Positions 26,937 through 36,732 of a DNA stretch of 64,000 nt are shown piece by piece. The translations under genes and the position numbers were made by a program. Below the pieces are notes generated by a model. It was not told the origin of the DNA and made no database searches. It saw nothing but the letters and a program-made list of their open reading frames with translations. The stretch comes from an uncultured Bacteroidota bacterium (GTDB lineage Bacteria; CLD3; SB21): positions 9,372-73,371 of the forward strand of contig CAZLWA010000043.1 in assembly GCA_964563165.1 (NCBI GenBank). The letters run 5' to 3'. Position 1 is the stretch's first letter. Every line of letters begins with the position of its first letter.

Positions 26937-28034
26937 TCAGAAATTCAAACCGATGCTGTAAAATTGCGAACCGTCGCGCGGATTGAACTGGCTCCCCAAT
27001 CCTTTCGTATACGCAAAATCTATCTTAAAAACGGAGTACTTGATTCCTGCCCCGAACGTAAGATTATAGAGTTTGCCTGCTAAATCCAACGAGGCGCCCG
27101 AGCGCAGCGCCAGGAAATCGGAATAAGAATATTCCGCGCCCAAATTGTGCCCCAGCCGGTGCCAGCCGTTATTTCCCCACGTGCTGATGATTGCGGAATG
27201 GGAAAGATGACCGAGATCGAGAAGCGGATCGGAAGTTTTCGACCGTCCGCGTACGATCTGACGATTGATCTCGTAGGCAACTACTACGGTATTGAATTCA
27301 GATTTATACACCGGATACGAAACTCCGAAACGCAAATTCGTCGGAAGCGGATCGGCTTGCGCATCGTCGATATAGGCTATTTTCGGGCCGATATTGGCCA
27401 AGCTGGCGCCGAAGGTCAGGTCTTTCACTAAGAAATTTCTCTTCATCACCCCGATATCGATGGCCACGGAACTTCCCGTTCCTTTCTGTGTCTCACTCGT
27501 ATTGCCGGTCCTGTTGGAAAGGCGGCTGTAGATGTATTTGAGATTGCCGCCGACCCCCAGATCTTCGCTGAGTTTCGTGGCATAGGTTAAGCCGAAAGAC
27601 AGATCGAAACTGCTTACGGTACCTAAGTAAACGGCCTGTTCATCTGTGATATCCTGATCGCCTAAATTGAAAAAAGTGAAATTCGCTCCCACAACACCAA
27701 CGTCCGGCACATACCATGTGAACGATCCGTAATCATAGAACAGATCGTTGAGCTTGAATTGCGGCAGCCAATTCACGTGCATGAACTGTAAATCGCGAGG
27801 ATGCTGTTCATCCTGAATGAATCCCAACGCACCGGGGTTCCAATAAATGGCATTGGCGTCTTTGACGGTGGACACACCGGTTTCGCCCATGCCGTTATGG
27901 CGGGCACCGGGGGGAATTAAAAGAAACAAGACGCCGGCTTCGCTGGTTTGTGCAAGAACCGGCAGCGACGGCATCGTAAATGCCAGGCAAAAGACAAATC
28001 CGATATATTTTATTTTCAATGTAGTGTGCATCAT
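26937..28034 (-). CDS. porV: PorV family outer-membrane beta-barrel (type IX secretion shuttle-like)
   Basis: FLLIPPGARHNGMG..DANAIYWNPG, DPLPTNLRFG, C-terminal Phe; start moved to ATG 28034 with GAGAGG SD. Confidence 0.8.
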   Translation of the reverse strand: MMHTTLKIKYIGFVFCLAFTMPSLPVLAQTSEAGVLFLLIPPGARHNGMGETGVSTVKDANAIYWNPGALGFIQDEQHPRDLQFMHVNWLPQFKLNDLFYDYGSFTWYVPDVGVVGANFTFFNLGDQDITDEQAVYLGTVSSFDLSFGLTYATKLSEDLGVGGNLKYIYSRLSNRTGNTSETQKGTGSSVAIDIGVMKRNFLVKDLTFGASLANIGPKIAYIDDAQADPLPTNLRFGVSYPVYKSEFNTVVVAYEINRQIVRGRSKTSDPLLDLGHLSHSAIISTWGNNGWHRLGHNLGAEYSYSDFLALRSGASLDLAGKLYNLTFGAGIKYSVFKIDFAYTKGLGSQFNPRDGSQFYSIGLNF

Positions 28035-28349
28035 AGTCAACCTCTCAATCCTGTAAAAAAAATTACATGAACATAAACGGCGATAGTCTAACAATATTCT
28101 CTCGTTCTTCTCCTTTTGCAATTTTTTTTAAGTATAAAGAATTCCGCCATTCATAGCAAGTTGAATTTTGTACAAAAACGGAGCCGGAATTTTTAATCAG
28201 TAATTTCTCGAAAAATATTTTATACAGCTTCTCGTAACAAATTTCTGATAAAATCTCCTGGAGGATTCATGGGGTACTGGGTTATAGGCAAACTAATATA
28301 TGAAAACAAAACGGCAGTGTCAAGAAATTCGTTCGAGCAGTAAAATGAC

Positions 28350-28378
28350 TTGATAAAGATTGGCATAAATAATACATT
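28350..28378 (+). promoter_or_regulatory. Candidate sigma70-type promoter for pyrB
   Basis: TTGATA-17 nt-TACATT, 42 nt upstream of the pyrB ATG. Confidence 0.4.
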
Positions 28379-28420
28379 CTCGAAACTTTGCATGTAAGAT
28401 CATTTTCATTTGGATAAGGA

Positions 28421-29341
28421 ATGGAGCTACAGGGCCGTCATTTGCTCGGACTGAAGGGAATGAGCAAAGAAGAGATCGAGTTAATTCTCGATACGGCATT
28501 GTCATTTAAAGAAGTTCTCAATCGTCCGGTCAAGAAAGTCCCGGCCCTGCAGGGCTATACGATAGTTAATTTGTTCTTTGAACCCTCCACCCGCACGCGA
28601 ATTTCATTTGAGTTGGCGCAAAAACGGCTGTCGGTAGACACGATCAATTTCACCCCAAGCGGCAGCAGTACTTCCAAAGGTGAAACTCTGAAGGATACCG
28701 CACGAAACATCGAGGCGATGAAGGTGGAAATGGTGGTTGTAAGGCATGGTTCAGCCGGTGCGGCGCAATTTTTGTCGGAACGTTTGCAGGCAAAAGTGAT
28801 CAATGCCGGAGACGGTGCGCACGAGCACCCGACCCAGGGCCTTCTGGATATTCTCACTCTGAAAGAAAAATTCGGCGATCTGAATAAGGTGCGCGTGGTG
28901 ATCGTCGGCGATATTGCGCACAGCCGGGTGGCCAAATCAAATATTTACGGTTTGAAAACCATGGGTGCGGAGGTCGCGGTTTGCGGACCGCCGACGTTCA
29001 TGCCCCGCGAACTTGGCCGCATGGGCGTGCGAATTTATAATCATATTACCGAGGCGATAAGGAATACGGATGTGCTCAATGTCTTACGCATTCAGATCGA
29101 ACGTCAAACGTTGGGATTGTTTCCCTCATCGCGCGAATATCATGAGAAATTCGGGATCACGAAGGACAAATTAGCGCATGCCGGCAATGCCATTACGATC
29201 ATGCACCCGGGGCCGATCAATCGCGGACTGGAATTGGACAGCGACGTAGCCGACGGCGAACATTCGGTGATACTGGATCAAGTGCTGAATGGCGTGGCCG
29301 TCCGCATGGCGGTTTTGTATTTGTTGAGCCTGAAAAAATAA
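28421..29341 (+). CDS. pyrB: Aspartate carbamoyltransferase catalytic subunit
   Basis: FFEPSTRTRISF, INAGDGAHEHPTQGLLD, GDIAHSRVA, MHPGPINRG. Confidence 0.98.
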   Translation: MELQGRHLLGLKGMSKEEIELILDTALSFKEVLNRPVKKVPALQGYTIVNLFFEPSTRTRISFELAQKRLSVDTINFTPSGSSTSKGETLKDTARNIEAMKVEMVVVRHGSAGAAQFLSERLQAKVINAGDGAHEHPTQGLLDILTLKEKFGDLNKVRVVIVGDIAHSRVAKSNIYGLKTMGAEVAVCGPPTFMPRELGRMGVRIYNHITEAIRNTDVLNVLRIQIERQTLGLFPSSREYHEKFGITKDKLAHAGNAITIMHPGPINRGLELDSDVADGEHSVILDQVLNGVAVRMAVLYLLSLKK

Positions 29342-29353
29342 AAGGAGAAGCGT

Positions 29354-30364
29354 GTGCAGTCCATTTTGGTAACCGGCGGAGCGGGATTTATCGGGAGCAA
29401 TTTTGTCCGCCACATGCTGAATACCTATCCTTCGTACCGCATTGTTGTTTTGGATGCGCTGACCTATGCGGGGAACCGCGAGAATCTGGCGGAATTTGAA
29501 AAAGATCCGCGTTATCTTTTTTATCACGGAAATATCTGCGATCGTGTGATCGTGGACCGGCTGGTTTCAAATGCGGATGCGGTGGTCAATTTCGCGGCGG
29601 AGACGCACGTGGATCGTTCCATTCATGAAGCGGATTCTTTCGTCCAGACCGATGTGATGGGAACGCTGGTGCTTCTGGAAGCGGCGAAAAAATACAAAAT
29701 CGAGCGCTATGTTCAAATCTCCACGGATGAAGTGTACGGGTCGATCGAAAAAGGCGCATTTACCGAAACGCATCCCCTCGCGCCGAACAGTCCGTATTCA
29801 GCCAGCAAGTCCGGCGGTGATCTGATGGTGCGCGCGCATTACCAGACGTACGGCACCCCGACGTTGATCACGCGTGCGTCGAATAATTACGGCCCCTACC
29901 AATATCCGGAAAAATTGATCCCGTTCTTTGTAACAAATGCCATCGATAATTTGCCCTTGCCGCTGTACGGAGACGGATTAAATGTCCGGGATTGGCTATA
30001 CGTGGATGACCACTGTAAAGGCGTGGACTACGTTTTGCACCACGGAAAAATCGGCGAAGTTTATAATATCGGCGGCGGGAACGAAAAAACGAACCTGGAA
30101 ATCACGAACCTCATTTTGAAATCGTTGAATAAGCCGGGTACGCTGATAAAGGGAGTCGCCGATCGTCCGGGCCATGACCGGCGTTATGCGGTGGACACCG
30201 CCAAAATCCGGCAGCTTGGCTGGAAGCCGGCCTGCCGTTTTGAGGAGGCCCTTGCCGAGACGATTCAGTGGTACGTGAAAAATGAGCCGTGGTGGCGTAA
30301 GATCAAGGAGAAACAAAAAGCGTTTCAGGAATTTCTGAAAAAAAATTATGAAGATAGAAAGTAA
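29354..30364 (+). CDS. rfbB: dTDP-glucose 4,6-dehydratase
   Basis: TGGAGFIGSNF, FAAETHVDRSI, STDEVYG, PNSPYSASK, DRPGHDRRY; GTG start with AAGGAG SD. Confidence 0.96.
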   Translation: MQSILVTGGAGFIGSNFVRHMLNTYPSYRIVVLDALTYAGNRENLAEFEKDPRYLFYHGNICDRVIVDRLVSNADAVVNFAAETHVDRSIHEADSFVQTDVMGTLVLLEAAKKYKIERYVQISTDEVYGSIEKGAFTETHPLAPNSPYSASKSGGDLMVRAHYQTYGTPTLITRASNNYGPYQYPEKLIPFFVTNAIDNLPLPLYGDGLNVRDWLYVDDHCKGVDYVLHHGKIGEVYNIGGGNEKTNLEITNLILKSLNKPGTLIKGVADRPGHDRRYAVDTAKIRQLGWKPACRFEEALAETIQWYVKNEPWWRKIKEKQKAFQEFLKKNYEDRK

Positions 30365-30431
30365 ACCTTATTTCAGTCGGACTTCGATGAGCGGGCCCGT
30401 CCGACGTCACACTTCAACTCATTAAGAATTT

Positions 30432-30905
30432 ATGCCGACACCCAAAGAAAAATCATTGGAAGATCTGATCAAAAGCGTAGAAATTTTTGACGGATTGGAG
30501 ACGCGCGATATTAATAAGGTCCTCAAAGTCGCGGCCGGAAAAAAATACGAAAAGGATCAGATCATTTTCAATGAAGGCGATCTGGGGGATTGTTTCTATC
30601 TGATCATCGAGGGCTCGGTGCGCGTGATCAAGAGATTGGACCGGGATAAAATTGAAGAAGTGGCGACGCTCAAAACGGGAGATTATTTCGGCGAGATGTC
30701 ATTGCTCGACGGCGAACCGCGCTCCGCTTCCGTGATCGCATTGCAAACGAGTAAACTGCTGGAAGTGAAGAACAGCCAATTTATCAAGATCATCATGAAC
30801 GATGATAATTTCGCACGTAAAGTTCTTTGGGCTTTTTGTACTACCTTCGCACGGCGGCTGCGGGCGACCAATGCGCTTCTCGGACAATTTGGAAAGAAAA
30901 ACTAA
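30432..30905 (+). CDS. Stand-alone cyclic-nucleotide-binding domain protein
   Basis: IIFNEGDLGD.FYLIIEGSV, GDYFGEMSLLDGEPRSASV; 157 aa, no HTH. Confidence 0.9.
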   Translation: MPTPKEKSLEDLIKSVEIFDGLETRDINKVLKVAAGKKYEKDQIIFNEGDLGDCFYLIIEGSVRVIKRLDRDKIEEVATLKTGDYFGEMSLLDGEPRSASVIALQTSKLLEVKNSQFIKIIMNDDNFARKVLWAFCTTFARRLRATNALLGQFGKKN

Positions 30906-31816
30906 AAATCAAACGCCGCACTGATCCGGTGCGTAGCGCCCAGAGAATTTGAAAACGGCATGTAGCCGTAATCCATACGGATGTTTTTCATCACCGTGAG
31001 TCCCAATCCGGCCGAAATGCCCCGCGTATCATAACCGAATTGATATCCCGCGCGCACAAAGACCATATCTTTGTAACCGAATTCCGTTCCTAGGTGTACT
31101 CGAAAATTATCATGGATCGGTTTTACAACGTCTGCCGCGACCGTCCAAATGTTTTTCGATTCCTTATCATGAAAAATATCGTACGCCGATCCGAATTTCA
31201 ATACGGCCGGCAACGCGACTCTACTGCTGATAAATTTTCCCGAAAATCCGAAATTGGACATGACGAGACCCAGCCGCAAACGATCGCCCGTGTTGAAATA
31301 ATCAGCCGTATGCCAAACACCGAGGTCGAAACCCACGGCCGATACGCTGTTTTGAATGCGTTCATAGATATAATTAACCGTAATACCTGCAAACCAGCGC
31401 GCGTTGATCTTCCGCGCGTAAGTGATACCCAATTCAATTTCGTGCGATGAAAAATATGCCGTGGGTGTCTCGGAAGGAATTTCTCTCTGCTCGATGCCGT
31501 CTACCCCGGTGGAGATATAATGCACGCCAAAGGCATTGGAGCCGCTAACGAACTTGGCGGCAAAAAAATTATGTTGGACATTTTCGATCCAGTGATTGTA
31601 AGTAAACAAAACGCTGCGGCGCTCCTCGACGGCTAATCCCGCAGGATTCCAATACGTAGCCGTTGCGTCGGTCGAGAGGACCGTGGCGGCCTCACCCATA
31701 CCCGCTGCACGTCCGCCGATGCCGATCTTTAAGAAAGAAAACCCCGTTTCTCCCGTTCCGGCTGAAAGCAGAGAAGGGTATCCTAAACAAACAATTAATA
31801 TGAATCGCAGTTTCAT
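30902..31816 (-). CDS. PorV/UPF0164 family outer-membrane beta-barrel (second copy)
   Basis: FLKIGIGGRAAGMGEA..DATATYWNPAGL, alternating beta-strand pattern, C-terminal FDF. Confidence 0.85.
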   Translation of the reverse strand: MKLRFILIVCLGYPSLLSAGTGETGFSFLKIGIGGRAAGMGEAATVLSTDATATYWNPAGLAVEERRSVLFTYNHWIENVQHNFFAAKFVSGSNAFGVHYISTGVDGIEQREIPSETPTAYFSSHEIELGITYARKINARWFAGITVNYIYERIQNSVSAVGFDLGVWHTADYFNTGDRLRLGLVMSNFGFSGKFISSRVALPAVLKFGSAYDIFHDKESKNIWTVAADVVKPIHDNFRVHLGTEFGYKDMVFVRAGYQFGYDTRGISAGLGLTVMKNIRMDYGYMPFSNSLGATHRISAAFDF

Positions 31817-31824
31817 ACGGGTGA

Positions 31825-33312
31825 TTAATTCCGGGTGAAAGAAGCCAGTTTAACTAGAATCAAATCCTGAATCTTTTCAATTTCCAATTTATCCACGGTG
31901 AAGTTATTACACAGGATGCTGAATAGCAATTCTTCGTTATCCATCGTTTTGACAAATCCCGAAACCGTTCGTACGTTATGAATGTAGCCGGTCTTGGCAC
32001 GCACGTTCTTTTCCGCCGGCGTGTCCTTCATACGGTTTTTTAAGGCGCCGTCCACTCCGGCGATCGGCAACGATTCGTAAAACACCGTTCCATATTTGTG
32101 GCGGCGAATAAATCTGAGGGTTGCGGTAATATCCATCGGTGAAACTAAATTCGATCGCGCATAACCGGATCCGTCGATGATCGCCATCGTTTCTACCGAA
32201 ACTCCGATGGATTTTAAGAATTCTTTTTCCAGTGCTTCGGCGCGTTTACCCGTGCCGTGCGAATCCAGGACCGCGGCGACGGTGCGCCAGGCCTGTTCGG
32301 CATAAAGATTTTGACTTTTCTTGTTGATGACTTTCAGGATCTCGGTCAGTTTGGGCGATCGGTAGGAGGCTATTTGAATGACGTTGGAATCGGACGGTGT
32401 GTAAGAAAAATTCTTCAAGCTGTCTATATCTGCGGCGCCGCTGTCAATGCGGACACCCCGGCTTTGCAGGAGTTCCTTAAGAACCGTCACTGTGTAAAGC
32501 GTTGGGTTTTCGACGGTCACGTTACCCGTCAGAGTTCCGGCATCCATGAAAATTTTCCCCTCCGCGCGTACCCGGTTGGAGCACCGGTCGCGGATAAATT
32601 CAATATCTCTTGCTTCCGACGGCGTTCCGACGGTCAGAATGCGGTTGGAAATGGTCAGATAACCCGTGTTCGGTGTGATCTTGATTTTAGCCGGCTGCCC
32701 GATCTGAGTCGGCGTGACAAACCAGTCCACGCAATTATCATTAAAACAGAGGCCGCCGACCTGAGCGGAGTACCAATTTGATTCCTCGCTCCACTCCCAA
32801 TCCCTCCCGAGAATATCGTCGCCGAAAAAATTGTCATCGCCGATAATTTTTCCCCGAAGGATTCTTATTTTTTTCAAGCTGTCGGCCCAATCTTCGAGCG
32901 TCTTCGTGACTTTATTTTCGTTAAAACGTCCGGAGATCGTGGGGTCGCCCATACCGCGGACAATAAGATTACCGTTGAACGTCGTGTCATTTTCAAAACG
33001 GCCCTGCAAAAAAACTCCGGTGGTGTACTGAAAATCCGGCCCTAATCTATCGAGGGCAAAAACGGAAGTGAAAATTTTCATGTTCGACGCGGGAATGAAG
33101 TTCATCTTGGAATTGATATCGCACAGAACCTCATCGGTTTTCAAAGGCTGAATGACGATACCCCACGAGGCGTTTTCAAAGGGTTTTTGACGGATGAGCT
33201 CCAGAATTTCCTTTTGGAGTTTTTTTTCCGGACGGGGTTTTGTTTGAGAATACAGCGGAGGAAGAAACAGGAATAGAAGCAGTAAATTTACGCAGCGTGA
33301 ATACGTTATCAT
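31825..33312 (-). CDS. dacB: D-alanyl-D-alanine carboxypeptidase/endopeptidase (PBP4, S13)
   Basis: PASNMK (SxxK), SQN (SxN), AKTG, DGSG.ARSN; signal peptide. Confidence 0.95.
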   Translation of the reverse strand: MITYSRCVNLLLLFLFLPPLYSQTKPRPEKKLQKEILELIRQKPFENASWGIVIQPLKTDEVLCDINSKMNFIPASNMKIFTSVFALDRLGPDFQYTTGVFLQGRFENDTTFNGNLIVRGMGDPTISGRFNENKVTKTLEDWADSLKKIRILRGKIIGDDNFFGDDILGRDWEWSEESNWYSAQVGGLCFNDNCVDWFVTPTQIGQPAKIKITPNTGYLTISNRILTVGTPSEARDIEFIRDRCSNRVRAEGKIFMDAGTLTGNVTVENPTLYTVTVLKELLQSRGVRIDSGAADIDSLKNFSYTPSDSNVIQIASYRSPKLTEILKVINKKSQNLYAEQAWRTVAAVLDSHGTGKRAEALEKEFLKSIGVSVETMAIIDGSGYARSNLVSPMDITATLRFIRRHKYGTVFYESLPIAGVDGALKNRMKDTPAEKNVRAKTGYIHNVRTVSGFVKTMDNEELLFSILCNNFTVDKLEIEKIQDLILVKLASFTRN

Positions 33313-33348
33313 GCGATGCCTTAGTAACTCAAAAAAACTTCAGATTTC

Positions 33349-34602
33349 TTATTTTTTCAAACTGCGCGTGGCGATGATGGCGCCCAATTTGAAATAAAAA
33401 ACGTATTGGCCGTTGGGAACCTCCGCGTCGTTCTCATCCGTACCGTTCCATTCCAGCGTAAACTGGCCTTCGGGGAGGTCCTTGTCAAATTCAAAATATT
33501 TTCGAATAGATTTGCCGGTGGAATCATAGAGGTACATGCTGACATTCTTATACGAAGCCAAGATACCGACGTCTGCGGTATTCGGTTTGGAATAATTGTC
33601 CTCATACAACAATACAATTTTCGCCTGACTCAATACACCGCCGCCTGCCGCCGCCGTATTTTGGTTCAAATAAATGAGAACCTGCGAATTGACGGAATCC
33701 AGGACTGCAATATCGGTTTTTTTGTCTTTGTTAAAATCGCCCAACGCAAACGCCGTGGCGCCCGCAGGAGCTTTTAAGCGAGCCACTTTATTCAGAATAA
33801 GGCCGTTGCTTTCGGCTAAATGTATTCGAATTTCTGCGGCCGAACGATTGAATGAAACTGCATCTTCAAATCCGTCGCCGTCCATATCGGCGAGAACGGC
33901 AAATTCCGGATGCGTCAGCATATTTATTTTTACGCCGCTAAATTCCCATTTGTAATTTTTATTTTCATCCGCACCCAGAATGGATACATCCGACGTGTCG
34001 CTGTAGGTGACCAGCATGTTTGCAAACCCGCCGTTTGCATAATCGTTGACCCGCAGGCATATCGGCTGCGAATCCAGAACCTTCGTTGCAACGAGTTTAT
34101 AGCTGCCGCCCTTGAACACATTCAATTCTTTCGTTGCCCGGACGAGAACTGCCAGATCCCATTTCCCGTCCTTATTGAAATCCCCGACGCCGACGGCACC
34201 AGGTTCCCCTTTGATCTTGATCGGGTCTTTCGTTTTGAAACTGCTTTTCTGATTAATAAGGATGGTGACGGTTTGTGCAACGCTGTTGCAGGTGACGATA
34301 TCAAGCAGCCCGTCATTGTCGATGTCGACAATTTGAATGCAGACGGGATACTTGCCGGCGGGCAAGTCTATTTTGTTCTTGAAGGTGCCATCCCCTTTGC
34401 CGTAGAGGATCGAAATAATACCCTGTCCGTCGAGATCGTTCTTTCCTCCGACAACGACGTCTGTGATGCCGTCAATATTGAGATCCGCAGAAGCCATCGC
34501 AGCGGGTGAGAAATAAATATTGGACGGGACGCTGTTGGTAAACAGCTCTTGGGAGAACAGGGAAGGAATAAGAATAAAAAAAAGCCATGTACTCTTCATC
34601 AT
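33349..34602 (-). CDS. Secreted FG-GAP/VCBS repeat protein with C-terminal FlgD-Ig-like domain
   Basis: Signal peptide LFS|QEL from ATG 34602 (ORF-track extension overlaps selB); DLNIDGITD, DIDNDGLLD, DFNKDGKWD, DMDGDGFED, DFNKDKKTD repeats; LEWNGTDE..VPNGQYVF tail. Confidence 0.85.
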   Translation of the reverse strand: MMKSTWLFFILIPSLFSQELFTNSVPSNIYFSPAAMASADLNIDGITDVVVGGKNDLDGQGIISILYGKGDGTFKNKIDLPAGKYPVCIQIVDIDNDGLLDIVTCNSVAQTVTILINQKSSFKTKDPIKIKGEPGAVGVGDFNKDGKWDLAVLVRATKELNVFKGGSYKLVATKVLDSQPICLRVNDYANGGFANMLVTYSDTSDVSILGADENKNYKWEFSGVKINMLTHPEFAVLADMDGDGFEDAVSFNRSAAEIRIHLAESNGLILNKVARLKAPAGATAFALGDFNKDKKTDIAVLDSVNSQVLIYLNQNTAAAGGGVLSQAKIVLLYEDNYSKPNTADVGILASYKNVSMYLYDSTGKSIRKYFEFDKDLPEGQFTLEWNGTDENDAEVPNGQYVFYFKLGAIIATRSLKK

Positions 34603-34630
34603 GAATAACAAACCGTTAGCGCGGAGCGAT

Positions 34631-36502
34631 CTACCGATTGAGTTTCCGACTATCACCGTCGCGCAGTGTAATGTGACTGGCATCAAAAAATTCAAGAAGG
34701 GATATGGCAAATTTTCGACTGGTCTGTAGTTGTTCTTTGAAATTGATGACGGTAATATCCCCATTTTTGCCAATAAAATCAATAAGTATTTGCCGCGCGC
34801 GATCCACCGCAGAGGAGTGGAAATAGATTTTTTCGCCGGTTTTGACGGCTTTGTTCAACCGCACCATCAATGCGATCAACCGGGTTAATTCGGGAGGTTT
34901 CAAATTCATCTCGGTTCCCAACGATTCAAGCGCCGGCGGCGAGAAAAGGTTCTCGATCAACCTGTTTTCAATGCGATTCAAGAGAGGTTCATCTTTCGGA
35001 TTCACTGTGAGGCGATGGCCCTCCAGATGTATCCATTCATGGGTGTCCGACAGTACGCGATCGCGCTCCAATCGTTCAATCACCGCTTGAAACATTTCAT
35101 CCTGCATATTCTCAAAATATCTCATTTTAAATTCGGTCGTGCGAATGGCATTTTCGGACGGATGTTCACGAAGAAAGGATTGCAGAGCGTAAATGAGTTT
35201 CGCCTGAAGTTCGGAAAAGTGGAGCGCATCACAGACGATCCCATCGGACAAGAAGACAATCCTGTTGTTCTTCTGAATAGCTTCCAGCGCATTCCGGGCA
35301 ACGCTTGGCAGACAGCCCATGACGGATATGATATGTTTCAGTGAAACGATTTTATGGTGATAAATAAAAAAGGCCATCCGGTCTGAGAGGCTTTCTGTCT
35401 CCAGGCTCTTGAGATAATCTACGGGGACCGCTTTTTCTTTTTGGCTCTGATCCAAAACCATGCCACCGCCCACGGTTGCGGAAGAATTGAACTCACGGAT
35501 AATGAACCGGTCTCCAAAGACGCATGTCAATGGCTCATCCACCGCGATGCGCACGTACCCGCTATTTCCCGGAATCAGAGGCTCATCACCGGCCGTTTGA
35601 ATTTTTCCGAATCTCTCAGCCGTTCCGATGAGCAGGCGAATGCGCACCGGGCTCTTGAGGGATTTGGCCGAGCTGTTCAGCATATGGATTTTTGCGTAAA
35701 AAGAATGCGTCAACGCCAAATAATCCGGCTCGATCAAAACGTGTCCGCGGCGTATCTCGTTTTTGTCTACCGACGATAGATTAATTGCCGCCCGATCTCC
35801 GGCCGTCACACGGCCCACCGCACGCGTATGCTTTTGCAGCCCGCGCACGCGAACGGGCTTCTGGTCGGGCTGCCATGCTAAATAGTCGCCCACTTTCACG
35901 GAACCGGATAAAACCGTCCCGGTCACCACCGTGCCATATCCTTTCATGGAAAAGCTTCGGTCCACATTCATTCGAAAAAAACCGCGATCATCATTCGGAA
36001 CCGGGCGCTGCGAAACGTGTTCCAGATACGCTGTCAATTCCCCGATTCCTTCTTTCGTGACGGAAGAAACTCTGAATATCTTTCCGGCGGAAAAAATTGT
36101 TGGCTCTAAAAAGATTCTTATTTCGGCTTCAACTTCATTCAGCCGGTTGCTTTCAACGGTGTCGATTTTTGTTATCACGACGGCGCCGTGCGGGATCTGC
36201 AGGAGCTGCAGAATTTCAAGGTGCTCACGTGTCTGCGGCATGATACCGTCGTCTGCGGCGATCACCAGCAGCACAAAATCGATGGCGCTCACGCCGGCGA
36301 CCATGTTGCGGATAAATTTTTCATGGCCCGGCACATCAATAATCGTGATGTGGTCCTTCCAGTAGGCAAATCCGAGGTCAATCGTGATGCCCCGCAGCTT
36401 TTCTTCTTTCAGGCGATCCGTATCGATACCCGTTAAGGCCTTTACCAATGAGGTTTTTCCGTGATCAATATGTCCGGCCGTGCCGATGATGAAATGTCGC
36501 AC
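34631..36502 (-). CDS. selB: Selenocysteine-specific translation elongation factor
   Basis: [53 protein letters not shown] and the C-terminal winged-helix motif [21 protein letters not shown]; 623 aa; GTG start. Confidence 0.95.
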   Translation of the reverse strand: MRHFIIGTAGHIDHGKTSLVKALTGIDTDRLKEEKLRGITIDLGFAYWKDHITIIDVPGHEKFIRNMVAGVSAIDFVLLVIAADDGIMPQTREHLEILQLLQIPHGAVVITKIDTVESNRLNEVEAEIRIFLEPTIFSAGKIFRVSSVTKEGIGELTAYLEHVSQRPVPNDDRGFFRMNVDRSFSMKGYGTVVTGTVLSGSVKVGDYLAWQPDQKPVRVRGLQKHTRAVGRVTAGDRAAINLSSVDKNEIRRGHVLIEPDYLALTHSFYAKIHMLNSSAKSLKSPVRIRLLIGTAERFGKIQTAGDEPLIPGNSGYVRIAVDEPLTCVFGDRFIIREFNSSATVGGGMVLDQSQKEKAVPVDYLKSLETESLSDRMAFFIYHHKIVSLKHIISVMGCLPSVARNALEAIQKNNRIVFLSDGIVCDALHFSELQAKLIYALQSFLREHPSENAIRTTEFKMRYFENMQDEMFQAVIERLERDRVLSDTHEWIHLEGHRLTVNPKDEPLLNRIENRLIENLFSPPALESLGTEMNLKPPELTRLIALMVRLNKAVKTGEKIYFHSSAVDRARQILIDFIGKNGDITVINFKEQLQTSRKFAISLLEFFDASHITLRDGDSRKLNR

Positions 36503-36583
36503 AATGAATAATGAGTAATGAATAATGAGTAATGAATAATGAGTAATGAATAATGAGTAATGAATAATGAGTAATGAATAATG
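36503..36583. repeat. Perfect tandem repeat (AATGAAT AATGAGT)x5 plus AATGAAT AATG
   Basis: Five exact 14-bp units at 36503-36572 plus a partial sixth; the 7-bp register continues degenerately to 36621. Confidence 0.97.
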
Positions 36584-36732
36584 GGAAATTACTAAAGGCC
36601 AATGGCTAAGCGCTAATGGCTGTTATTAACGTAAAATAAATTTCAGTCAGATTCAACGGAGTAAAATATTGATTCTCTTTGCTAAATTGTCTACCTTCAT
36701 GAAATAAACTTTAGAATTAGAATTATTGTCTT

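Noticed and set aside
28361-28375. TGGCA as a sigma-54 -24 element upstream of pyrB
   Set aside because: No TGC at the -12 position.
33349-34782. N-terminal extensions given by the ORF track here and for purM, porV, the M6-like gene, purD, pabC-like, mqnC, MFS, aroB and thiL
   Set aside because: Downstream starts give proper signal peptides, family N-termini or SD sequences and remove implausible overlaps.
36503-36621. Repeat as a CRISPR array
   Set aside because: Contiguous 7/14-bp units with no spacers and no cas genes.
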